A stretch of 64,000 bases of DNA, from assembly GCA_964016885.1 (NCBI GenBank), contig OZ024743.1, positions 310,744,001-310,808,000 of the forward strand, in the 5' to 3' direction. A program made the position numbers and the translations under genes. This DNA comes from Eledone cirrhosa (taxonomy: Eukaryota). The notes beneath the pieces are model-generated. The model did no database searches. It was given only the letters and a program-made list of their open reading frames with translations, and was not told where the DNA came from. Below, one piece after another: positions 53,111 through 64,000 of this stretch (position 1 is the first letter of the stretch; the number at the start of each line of letters is the position of its first letter).

Positions 53111-56100
53111 CTAAGGCGGGTAAAATTCCCGAGATCCATGGACGAGTTCTCTCCAGCGGTCTCTGTCCCTCATTATCGCTGCCATGTCCTGCGTCTCCAA
53201 CAGACCAGTGTCTGTCCTTAGGGCATCAACATACGTTAACCTTGGTCTTCCTCTTATAGTGTGTCCATGTAGGGGCTCCCAAAGGAGCACTGAGTGCAAT
53301 GTCAAATCTGGATGTCGGTGAGCATGTCCAGCTAACCTGTCTCCTCTGTGTCACTTTTGAGCTGACTTTTGGGATGCTCCCATACAGCTCTGAGTTTTTC
53401 ATCATCAGTGTATACTGATTAATGTTCAAAGCCATCCTCAGCATTCTCGTGTAGCACCCATCCACCATCTGAGTGAGTTTCTTGGTCAGTGTCCAAGTCT
53501 CAAACCCATACAGCAGCACAGACTCCACTACAGCAATGAAGAGGCGGATTTTCAGGTCTCTACGAAGGTCCGACTTCCACACCGATCTCAAGCTGTGGCA
53601 CGCCGCCCAGGCCTTGCTCTTCCTCTCAACCACAGCATCTTCCGTATTCCCAATCTTTGCTCCCAAATACAGGAAGCGCTCAACCAATTCTAGCGGCTTC
53701 CCGCCTACATTAGTGATCCCCTCTGGCTTCTCAACATTCTCTACCAGATATTTTGTTTTAGTCTCATTCATTCTCAGCCCCACACTCATCGACACAGTCT
53801 CAACCTCCCGCATCAAATCCTCTGCCTCCCTCACTGTATTTGTCACCAAAACTATATCGTCGGCAAATTCAGCATCCGATACTCTTTTCGCCCTAACTCT
53901 CCTGCTCTGAGCCGGTGCTACAGTAAAGCCAGAGTCCTGGTGTTTCTCCAGTGCAAGACGCATACAATAGTCCACTACGATGATAAAAAGGTAGGGAGCC
54001 AATGTATCTACCTGGAGCACTCCAGCCAGATTCTCAAAGAACTCTGTCATCCCATCAGGTGTAATGACTTGGGCTTTGGTGTTGGTGTAGAGCAGTGATA
54101 TCAGGTCCACTATCTTCTTGGGGATTCCATAAGCCTGAAAGATCTTTATCAGGCAGTAACGGTCCACAGAATCAAAGGCCTTCCTAAAGTTTATGAAAAC
54201 CATGACCGCAGGAAGGCACTTTGCTCTAGCTCCCTCTAATATCCTCCTCAGCATCAGGATGTGACTGGTGGTTGATCTACCATCTCTGAAGCCGTTCTGG
54301 TTGTCCCTGAGCTACTTCTCCATCTCAGGCTGGATCCTGTTAAGAATCATCCTGTTGAGGGTCTTTGCCACAAGTGACGTCAGTGAGATCCACCTGTAGT
54401 TGTTGGTGTTAGAGAGATCTCCCTTCTTTGGCACTGGGACGATGTTACTGATCCTCCACTGATTCGGGGCAACTCCTTTCTCCAGTGCCCCGTTACAGAA
54501 CCCCAGGATGATATCATCAAAATCACACCTCTTCATCACCTCTGATGCCACTCCATCTTCTCCATGAGCCTTGCCCTCCTTGATCTTCTTCTTGGCTCTC
54601 TGAAGCTCCTCTCTGGTGAAGGGCTCTGTCTCAACATCCAGTTCCTCAAACAGCCGCCTGATCTCCCCAGTGCTCTGGGCTGTGGAGGGTGGCTCTACTA
54701 GTAGGGTCCTAAAATGGTCTAGCCATTTCCTCTTCCTATCCTCGGACCCCGTTCCCTGGATCTGACTCGAACACTTTCTCTTCCTCCCTGTGATCTCGTT
54801 GATGATCATCCAGCTCTCCTTACATCCAGATCTGTCAACCGCTCTCTCCACACTTCTGATCTTCTCTATCAGTGCCTCCTCTCTGACCTCAGTGTAAGCG
54901 GTACAGAGCTCTTCCCTCATCACCTCCACAGTCTCCATCCTCTCCTCCGTAGGATCAGCATAGAATTGGTCCTTGGCAGCTTTCAGGTGTTCTCTGGCTG
55001 CACACACTTTTGGGTTTGCAGAGCTGACGTGCTTCCCTTTGTTCTTTTTCCTCGCACCAGGCTTTCACTTGCTTCCGCCACTGCATTGGTGAAATGCCCG
55101 TACCTCCTCGCCACACTCTCCTCAGTCCATCCAATCTCTCTCTCCTCTGACTCTCCACACTGAGCACTAAACCTGTTTCTCACTTCCACTGTGAACCTCT
55201 TCTGTAGCCTATCATCTTCCTTGAAAGCTCCCCAGTCATAGATTGCTCTCCGAGGCCGAGCCTTGCTCTTTCTTAAGCTCACCCGGACCTCACTCATAAC
55301 AAGCCGGTGGTTACTACCCAGTGTACTGAAATAGTTGTATGGCTCTGTGTTCAGAACACTATTCCGCCACTTTTTCCTCACCAGAATGAAATCAATCTGG
55401 GACTTGGACAGGTGCATATCTGAGATGTAGGTCCACCCCTTCCCCAGATTCTTCCTAAACCTTAGGTTGGTCGCCATCAAGTTCGCCTCCAGCAGGGAGT
55501 CTCTCAGTAGTATTCCATTTCGGTTGGTGTTGTTATGGAAGTACCAGCAAGGATCTTCACTGCTCTCCTTACTCAGATGTGCATTGAAGTCCCCCAAAAC
55601 AGTCAGGATATTGTGTGCCTGAGTGGTGTTGACAGCTCTACACACCTCCTCATGGAACTCTTCCGCACTCACATCACTATCCCCCTCAGTTGGACTATAG
55701 GCTGAGATGACTGTCAGTCTTCGGTTTCCATTGAAGGTCACCCTCAACACTCGTGGGGAGATAGGCATTATTTCCCTCACCAACAGATTGGTTCCTGCAC
55801 TGAACACAAAACCCACTCCTCCCACTGCAGCATTTGTTGTGTTCTTCACTGCCGATGTAGTGATGAGCTGGCTCCTCTTCCCAATCATCACACTCCTCAC
55901 GGGCTCATCGTGTAGGATCCTGTGTTCTTGGATCGCAAGTATCTGTATACCACTCTCCTCGAACAGATGTCCCAACTCCTCTCTCTTCTCCAGCGTCCGA
56001 ATAGTCCTCACATTCAAAGTACCCATTTTGATGGCTCTTCTACAGGACAAAACTGCATTCTTTATATTTATCTCAGAGACAGCTGATCGATCATCCACTG

Positions 56101-56393
56101 GCCCTCTCTGTGGCTCTAAGCCAGCAGAGTCATAACGACCAGGCTGCTCCTTGACAGTGTAATTAGGGGCTCTAACCCTAGTGCTGTTAGATCGACTCTC
56201 CATATTTCTTTTCAATGGCTGATAATACCTTACCGGCACCACACGAATAAGGTAGTTATTCAACCCATAAACGGAGCCCTAACAGGTACTACCACCCCGA
56301 GCCAGGGCAGACCTGGGATTCATGACAACTAAGGGGTAACTCCACATTCCCCACAACTCCTGAACTCCCGAACTGGAGCCTTGCCACTGGATG
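53111..56393 (-). mobile_element. Full-length but inactivated RTE-clade LINE (APE plus RT)
   Basis: APE motifs GTLNVRT, IQEHR, AYSPT, LGDFNAH and IDFIL. RT motifs KAHGEDG, NYRWISL, FRKAFDSV and FADD. Split into ORFs 54983..56263, 54312..55007, 53226..54254 and 53111..53305, with D>N and QGD>QVD changes. Confidence 0.92.
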
Positions 56394-56484
56394 TAATAAT
56401 AATAACTCTGAAGACTAAAATCCAAAGAGGGCTCGATAAGGATAAATATATATCAATTATATAAGAACCCTAGAACAAATATTT

Positions 56485-56700
56485 ATTAAAATAACAGATT
56501 AAAGTTTAAGCAAAGAATCGGTGCTTTCACCCTTAACGGGATCTTCTGAAACTAAATAAAAAAATCAATCCGTGAACGCAGAAGTAAATATTTCTAAATA
56601 TTTACTTCTGCATTCACAGATTGATTTTTTTAGTTTCAGAAGATTCCGTTAAGGGGGAAAGCAGCGATTCATTGCTTAAACTTTCATCTGTTATTTTAAT
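56485..56700. repeat. Imperfect palindrome of about 215 bp with HHR-like remnants
   Basis: Arms of about 105 bp centred on AAATATTTCTAAATATTT. Contains CAGAAGA-TYCC-gttaa-GGG-GAAA on each strand. Confidence 0.75.
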
Positions 56701-56702
56701 TA

Positions 56703-56843
<141 letters not shown>

Positions 56844-56973
56844 TGTGCGTGTGCGTGTGTGTTTGTGTGTTTGTTTGTGTGTGTGTGTGTTTGTGTGTCT
56901 AATGGTAGCTAATATATTTCCATAGGCGGTATGCCGGTTGAGCAATCTATGCTCATACGGAGCAGAGTATGAT

Positions 56974-57291
56974 AGAATGAAAAACAAAAAATCAGTGATG
57001 CATCGGAACTCAATTTATTGCGTATTACAACTGTTTCCCCGGCGAACAGCTCGAGGTGCGATCTGTGTGTGGATCGATCTGACTCTGGATTCACAGGTTC
57101 CTCAGACACGTCTATTGATTACGGAGAAAGAGAATCTGCTCCGAAATCAATAGACCTGTCTGAGGAACCTGTGAATCCAGAGTCAGATCGATCCACACAC
57201 AGATCGCACCTCGAGCTGTTCGCCTGGGAAACAGTTGTAATACGCAATAAATTGAGTTCCGATGCATCACTGATTTTTCGTTTTTCATTCT
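56974..57291. repeat. Near-perfect palindrome (about 150-bp arms) with one hammerhead per arm
   Basis: 56974-57126 is the reverse complement of 57139-57291 with few mismatches. Confidence 0.92.
57021..57110 (-). ncRNA. Type I hammerhead ribozyme with a long stem II (mirror copy at 57155-57244, + strand)
   Basis: CGTGT CTGAGGA A CCTGTGAA...TTCGCCGGG GAAA CAGTTG TA ATACG. Confidence 0.7.
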
Positions 57292-57390
57292 CTATATATA
57301 TATATAATGTATACACACTTCAACAGCATTCTAATAAATAATGCCTCTAGAGGTAATCAAAGTGTGTATACATTTTTACGGGATACCCAT

Positions 57391-57422
<32 letters not shown>

Positions 57423-57439
57423 GTCATTAAAGTACAAAT

Positions 57440-57920
57440 TGTATGATGATATTAAAGTACAATTCTTAATTTATTAGATGTCACCTTCAACCTAAACTTA
57501 GAATCGCATAATCCTCCCACATATCAAGCTTAGATACATCAACAGTAGTTCCTGTGGCCCACACAGTTTTCAGGAACCTGGTAGCTAGTGCAAATTAGAG
57601 AATCTCTTCCTTTCACCCGATAAGAATAACTGTGATAGGGCAAACGCTTACTACAATAATTTTCTGACCAACAACAGCTTTAAAGCAAAACAATATTTCT
57701 CTGACTAAATCTCTAGTACTAGAAAAATAGAAATAGATCTTGAGAAATTATATGATTTAAACCGCTACTTTTCGCAAAATGTTAAGTCTAATGCTGGAAA
57801 AATATTCTTAGCTTTTGTAGACAAGCATTTACTTTTAGTTCATATATATATAGAGAGAGAATTGTAGAAGACATACGATTAAGATAAGCTATTTCTGCGC
57901 CAGAAATTCTCTGATTATCA
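57440..57920 (+). pseudogene. Highly decayed Hydra-clade-like PLE RT C-terminal fragment
   Basis: Fragments LLDVTFNLN, RYINSSS, NVKSNAGKIFLAFVDKH and IKISY parallel the 35800-36270 region. Confidence 0.65.
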
Positions 57921-58597
57921 ATCTGAACACTTTAGTAATCCTTCTATTATCTATATGCCAATAACTTCTCCATTTACAAGGGGTTTATCAATGGCAAATC
58001 TTAGTTCAAAGATGACTATCGAAGAATTTGATGTAATTTCTTTTAGCCAGCGAAAATTGCAGCCAAAATAGAACCAATATTCTAATCTGTAATCTTTTGA
58101 TGCAAATTCTATTCTATTCTGAGCTCTTAACTGCTGATGCAGTCGAAGGGGCACCATTCTGATTTAAGACATGTCTATCATGGACATTTACACCCTAGCA
58201 ACCCCATAACTCACCAGGTACAATGAGTCAGAAAGAGGTGATGAGAGAAAATAAAAACATGTTAAAGAGGGACAAAGGAATAATCAACCCTAAATATTCC
58301 ACTGGTACTTTATTTATTGACCTTCAAAGGTTGTAAAGCAATTTTGCCCTCTGTCGCCTTTGAGCTGAGAAGTCAGAATGCCGGAACGAAACTCACGATA
58401 TGTTCTATCCAACGTTCTAACGAATCTTTCAATTCAATGCGTTTGATCTGCGTTAGTGATATCGGAAAAAGCTTTCTCATAAAATCTGAATACACAAAAT
58501 GTTTCTACATACGCCAAGAAATTCGCCCAATACTCTAAAAAAATTGATATAGTCGACTTATTTGTACATTCACTACTACAAATTATGTGATCTCGAG

Positions 58598-58686
58598 CTA
58601 GAAATCAATATGTTAGAAATCAATAAGTTAGAAATCAATATGTTCGGGATCAATATGTTAGATGTCAGCATGTTACAAATCAATAT
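58598..58686. repeat. Short tandem repeat, 15-bp unit, about 6 copies
   Basis: TAGAAATCAATATGT, repeated with decay. Confidence 0.85.
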
Positions 58687-59345
58687 TTTCATTATTCTCA
58701 TTTCTGGCACGTCTCAATAGAGTTGTTTAGCTCCAGATTAAAGTTCATTGAGCAGACCTAAGATCAAAAGTATTCCAAATGTGACCATTCGTTTTGTTTT
58801 ACTGTATCTCGGATACATTGCCTAATGTTTCCTTCTTCTTGTGTTAAAATGCAATGAGATTTGACTGCTATTTCTAGCTGGGTGAGTTATATCGTAGAGC
58901 CTCCATAGTTATATGGAGAGTAGATCGCTCTCTTAAGACACGATAATTTAAACATATTCTTAGTGATCCTGACATAACATGCTCCGCGAAGTATTTTATC
59001 ACTTTTAACGTTTTATATATGCTAAACGGTCCCCCCACCCCACATACTCACATACACACACACACACGGCCAGAACAGCGGCACACAAACACGCACAAAC
59101 AGAAATTCACTTACAAACACATAAACACATGCGCACAAACACACACACCCAGAGTATAGGCACATACACAAATATATACATACACAAATTCCCGTGCATA
59201 AACGTGCATGTACAAACACACTGGCATCCAAACACGCAGACTCACAGAAATAGACAAATACACACTCAAAACACAATATCACACACACACACACCCGCAC
59301 ACACACTGACAAATATATATATATATAATATATATATATTATATA

Positions 59346-59389
<44 letters not shown>

Positions 59390-59847
59390 TAAAAGAGAAA
59401 ACACAGGTAAGCATTAAGAAAAGGATTTTATCCAGATATTTACGACCGTTTCATTGTTAAGTATATTGCTATACTGCAAATAGCAGCCACTCAATTATAA
59501 TTGTTGTTCACAGTCCAAATTTTCAAAATAGTAAGTTACTCTTGAAATAATTCTTAATATATAGAGAAAAACATTTATTTGGAATTGTATTTACTAGTAT
59601 AGAGAGAGAGGAATCAGGAGGTGAGGGGACAGACGGAATAGTATAGAGAGAGGAAGGGGGAAGAGGTAGGAAGTAGAATGACAAACTGAGATGGAGGGAG
59701 GGGTAGAGGTGGAAGGATTCTTTGGTCAGTTTTGATAGCAGACTTCATGTCGTGGAGTGTAGTGAGTTAAAGAGAATTTAATTGATCATAGTGGGATGGA
59801 TGGATAGAGAGGGGAAGAGAGGGGGGGGGGGGGGGAGATATAAAGAG

Positions 59848-59883
<36 letters not shown>

Positions 59884-60140
59884 CGGCGATGAATTAGTTT
59901 TGCGAGGTTTTTTATATGAAATCGTGTGTCGAAACAAATATTGTTATACTTGGGGAGGGTCATATTTGTGTAATATTGCCAGAATTAATAACAGAACACA
60001 CTCACTGTTTGGTTGGTTTTCGCTGCTCGCTGTCTTTTATATCGGTAATCTAACTTACTCGGTCCTCAATGTTGCCATTGACTGACCGACGGTCAAAAAT
60101 AATACAGATACAATATAGACACAAACAGATATATATAGTT

Positions 60141-60184
60141 TATCATAAATCTTTCGTTGCACATCTGCAACATCGTCAGTGGTG
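60141..60184 (-). ncRNA. Minimal hammerhead motif with a weak stem I
   Basis: CACCA CTGACGA T GTTGC-agatgt-GCAAC GAAA GATT TA TGAT. It occupies the same position as the HHR in the related element at 247-291. Confidence 0.6.
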
Positions 60185-60411
60185 TTTAATTTTCCTCCTG
60201 TTGTGTTGTATGTCTACGCCATTTTTTATTCAGTCTGTCTATATATTTATTTATTTACTTGTTTGTTTATTTTATTTTGTCTTCTTTGCGCATGCGTTTG
60301 CGTGTGTGTATAGTGTTATGTTTGCTGTGTGATGGGTGACTAGTGTGTGTTTATGTGCTTGTTGTTATTGTGCTTGTGTATGTATTTATTTATCTTATTT
60401 TATTTACTTAT

Positions 60412-63400
60412 TTATACTTCTCTTAGGTCAGTGTTGTTTGTTTGGGTGTTGTTGTTATTCCATTCATTCTTTCTGTTTAGCTTTGGTCTTCTAATTTCTA
60501 TTTCACTGGCCTCTCTGATTTGCCTATCTGCTGGGTCATTTCTATGTTTAGATATCATTCTAATTTCTATGTTGTCTATGTTACCGTCACGTTGTTGTCT
60601 AGCATGTTCGTATAGTACTGACCCGTTTTTTCGTCCTTTTAGTTCCCCCCAGTGTTGGTCTATCCTTTCACCTATGCTACGAGTTGTCTCACCTATGTAT
60701 GTTGTCATGTTTCTGCAAGTACCCTCTTATGCTATAGATTACGTTTCTAGTTTTACAGTTTATCCGGGGGTTCACCTTACATATGATACATTTCCTATTG
60801 GTACAGTGGGTTTTCTTAAAAGGGTAGGTTTTGCTGATCAGGGATTTTATGGTGGTTCCTGGCTTTTCTACCACCTTTATTTTTAAGTGGGTCTTTCTCA
60901 GGGCCTTTCTACACTCGTTAGCTAATTTCCCTCCAGGGGTGGCGTCCACAAACATGACACTCTGGTATCTCTGGTTGTCGTACCATGATGTGGCTTTCCC
61001 TATCTTATGTCTAGCCCTATCTAAGCTATTCCATGGTTTGCTCCTGTATAATGGGCAAATTCCTTTCATGTCCAGTTCTATGAGGGTCTTATACTTTTCC
61101 ATGGCTCCTTCGTATACTCTGACTCTGTCTCTTTGGTTGTAGCCAGAGAACTGCATGCGGTTGATGAAGTGTTGGATGTGTCTTTCCATTTCTGTTGGGT
61201 CGCACATGCGGGACACATTCTTCATCACTCGTACCAAATCTGCGATCAGAATATTAAACTTAGCACTACTGGACATTGCTGAGTTTTTGAGTATCAGGTA
61301 TTTGGAGGCCATGGGTTTAGCATAGTGTGAGTGGAGAATTTGGGCTCTCTCGTCTATAGTGTTAATCCAGAGTTCTGTGTCTAATACAGGTAGTCTATTG
61401 TTAGGGTGTTTGGAAGGGAAGTCGATAGTTACAGTTATACTGTGGTGTATGGAATTAGCTATCTGCTGGATGCTTTCCATCGTGCTACGTTCTAAATCAA
61501 ACTTGTTAGTGTTCTCTAGTGGGGGTGTTCTTATAACTATATTGATATCGTCTACATAACGAGAGTACATGATGAGGTCTATGGAGCTTTCATTAAGGAG
61601 ATCTTTAAGTGTCCTTTCCCACCATACCATGAAAAGGTTGGCAACATCACCAGCCATGCTGACGCCGATGGCTGCTCCCTCATTTTGGGTGTAGATTTTC
61701 TCATTGAACTTAAATATGTGGCCCTTTAGGGTAGTTTTGATACTAGCCCCTATTGCATGTGCGACCATTTTTCTTACCTGATCATTGTTTTGGGGGGTCC
61801 GTATAGCTTTGGTCCACCCAATCCACCTTCCCATGGGAGTCTTTTTTGCCATTGAGGTTATGGTGGGGGTCTACCTCTTATAGGTCTACTAGGGCAGAAA
61901 CATCTAAGGTCATGGCTGTCTAGGTAGTTAGTGTCGTAGGTAAGTCTAAGTAGGAGGCCCAGTTCGTCTGTGTCGACGTCGCAGAACTCCACCTCACTCT
62001 CAATGATCATCTCCACACATCTTTTCACAGCAAAATCAATGTTAATGGATGGGTACAGTGACACCACATCCATGCTGCCTATTATGCAGTTGGATAGGCT
62101 CCTGTTTTTGTTGCACTCACTGATTCTGCTGAGGAGGTCCTCTGTACTGTCACATACATCTGGGGACATCTTGATTATGGGGCGTATAACCATTGAGAGG
62201 AAGTAGGAGATCCTGTAGTTGCTAGCTATATTAGCTCCGCATACGGGTCTTGTTGGTGGTCCTGTTGTCGGGTCGTCGACTGTCTTGTGGTCTTTGCGGA
62301 GCCCATACAAGGGTGGTATGCCATTGTTAGACGCCTGGAAGTTGTTGGCAGTGCTTCTGCTTGGCTTTAGGATGTCAGTCCACATCATCATGTGAGCGTT
62401 GAGGATTTTTTCTCTCCCATCGTGTGTTTGTTGTGCAAATTCGCTCGTGTTGGTGATGTGGGGTTGCATAGCCTCGATGTAGTTTGGCATGCTATCTATT
62501 GACATCCTACCATACTTATCTGTGGGTAGACACACTACCTCACCATCCCTTGTGCGCTGCTTGAGGCTAACCAAGCCTTCTACAGGTTTCTTCCCAAGTT
62601 GTTGGGCCTCTGGTCTGCTCTGTCTCTTAGTATACCTGTCTACTATTTGTCTAATCTTATTTCTAGCTATGGTGAACTGTGACTCTGTCTCGTCATCTAT
62701 TTGTTGTGGTATGCAAACTCTTTTATTAAAGGGTAACCTCGTAGGATAGATATTACCCATCTTATATGTTTTGTCAGCTGGGTTGAAAAATAGTTTCTCT
62801 AAGGGGTTGTCATTATATCTATCGTCATAGTTGTGTGTGTTGCTATTGTTGTTATCAGGGTGGTTGTAGTTGTTTCTATCATTAACATTATTATTATTGT
62901 TATGTTTGCTAGATGTATTGTCGTTTACTTCACCGTTATTGTTGTTGTTGTTACTGTTATTTCTACCATTGCGGTTGTTACTTTTATTATGTTTCTTGTT
63001 TTTGTTGTGTCTATCATTGATGTTGCTACATGTACTATTTCCATTATTACCACTGTGGTTATTATTGTTGTTGTTCGTATTGTTACCGTTATTACTACTG
63101 TAGTCGCTGTTGCTGTGTCTGTGGTTAATGTTTCTATTATTATTATTATTGTGGTTGTTGTTGTTCTGTCTATCGCTAGTATTATTACCATTATCACTAT
63201 TTCTCACTTTCCTGCTATTGTTATGGTTATGGCTGTTATTTCTATACCCAGAGTTATTGTTTATATTACTACTACCGTTATTATTGTTGTTGTTGTTTAC
63301 CTTTGCATTCCAACGTATTTTTGTGAAACACTTTTCCAGCTCCGTTTTGCACTCCATAGGGTTAATCTTTTTGTAGATGGCAAATTTTGTTGGTAACCGT

Positions 63401-63940
63401 AGGAGTTGTTGTTCTTGTTCACTGATTAAAGTGTTCCCATAGATATTTACTGTGTGGTCATTGGTAAATTCTTCCGGTAGTTTTACATCAGTCATACGGA
63501 TATTGTCGATGTTATCTGGGTATTTTTGAGAATATTCGATTTTCCTTTCTTGTAGTTTTTTTCTTATTCATCCATTCTAATTTCTTCTTGAAATGCCTAT
63601 TGCATTCGTTTCGAGCGTATTTCGTTTCACGTCGGATGGCGCTCATGAAGTTATCTCTCTCGTTTGCTGTGATGAGATTTCGGATTTCCTTACCGTTAAT
63701 GCGTTTCTGCCTGTAGAGTGCGTTGACTTTTGTGTATGTTGTTCTTTTCATATTAACTGTTATTGTGTGTTTTAGCCGTTCGGCTTGTGTTTTGTTCAAT
63801 AATAAATTATTTACTTGTTTTGATATGTTTGTTGTGTATGTTTTGGAGGAAACAGTGTTTTAAGAAGCGGATTTGTTCTGTTGTTATTGTAGTTTTTATA
63901 TAACAGAAAACAGTGTCTTTCAATAACCTTTCAGCTTGGC
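60412..63940 (-). pseudogene. PLE RT plus GIY-YIG polyprotein with an Asn-rich insertion, disrupted
   Basis: ORFs 63512..63799, 61858..63495 (LYGLRKDHK, RPVC, SMDVVSLYPSI), 60689..61852 (GAAIG, YSRYVDDI, LPVLD) and 60412..60708 (YIGETTR). Confidence 0.92.
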
Positions 63941-64000
63941 ACAAGCTAATGCCGTAGCGGCGATGAATTAGTTTTGCGAGGTTTTTATATGAAATCGTGT

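Larger units (their letters stand above)
59881..64000 (-). mobile_element. Full-length PLE with tandem direct pseudo-LTRs (the second begins at 63955 and runs out of the window)
   Basis: TAGCGGCGATGAATTAGTTTTGCGAGG occurs at both 59881 and 63955. RT and GIY-YIG ORF pieces lie between them. The 3' end abuts (TA)n. Confidence 0.93.

Overview
AT-rich, microsatellite-dense eukaryotic DNA made almost entirely of transposable elements and their remnants. The SINE content and repeat landscape suggest an octopus or other cephalopod (inference). I could not recognise any host-gene exon. Main contents: (1) two head-to-tail, full-length R4/Dong-type RLE retrotransposons with intact 1130-aa ORFs, inserted in (TAA)n; (2) at least five Penelope-like element (PLE) insertions with RT and C-terminal GIY-YIG domains, showing direct or inverted pseudo-LTRs, plus many short PLE-type ends in (TA)n tracts; (3) a decayed full-length RTE LINE and RTE fragments; (4) a DD37D (maT) transposon, two Helitron-like elements, a hAT MITE and many tRNA-derived SINEs. 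The strongest unexplained signal is RNA-level. At least six unrelated type I hammerhead ribozyme (HHR) families can be folded by eye, several with non-canonical cores. They include a fully non-coding element at 28727-29670 with two direct-repeat HHRs 538 nt apart and a palindromic stem III, a candidate retrozyme-like, circular-RNA-producing parasite of PLEs. All folds were done by eye and ribozyme activity is untested.
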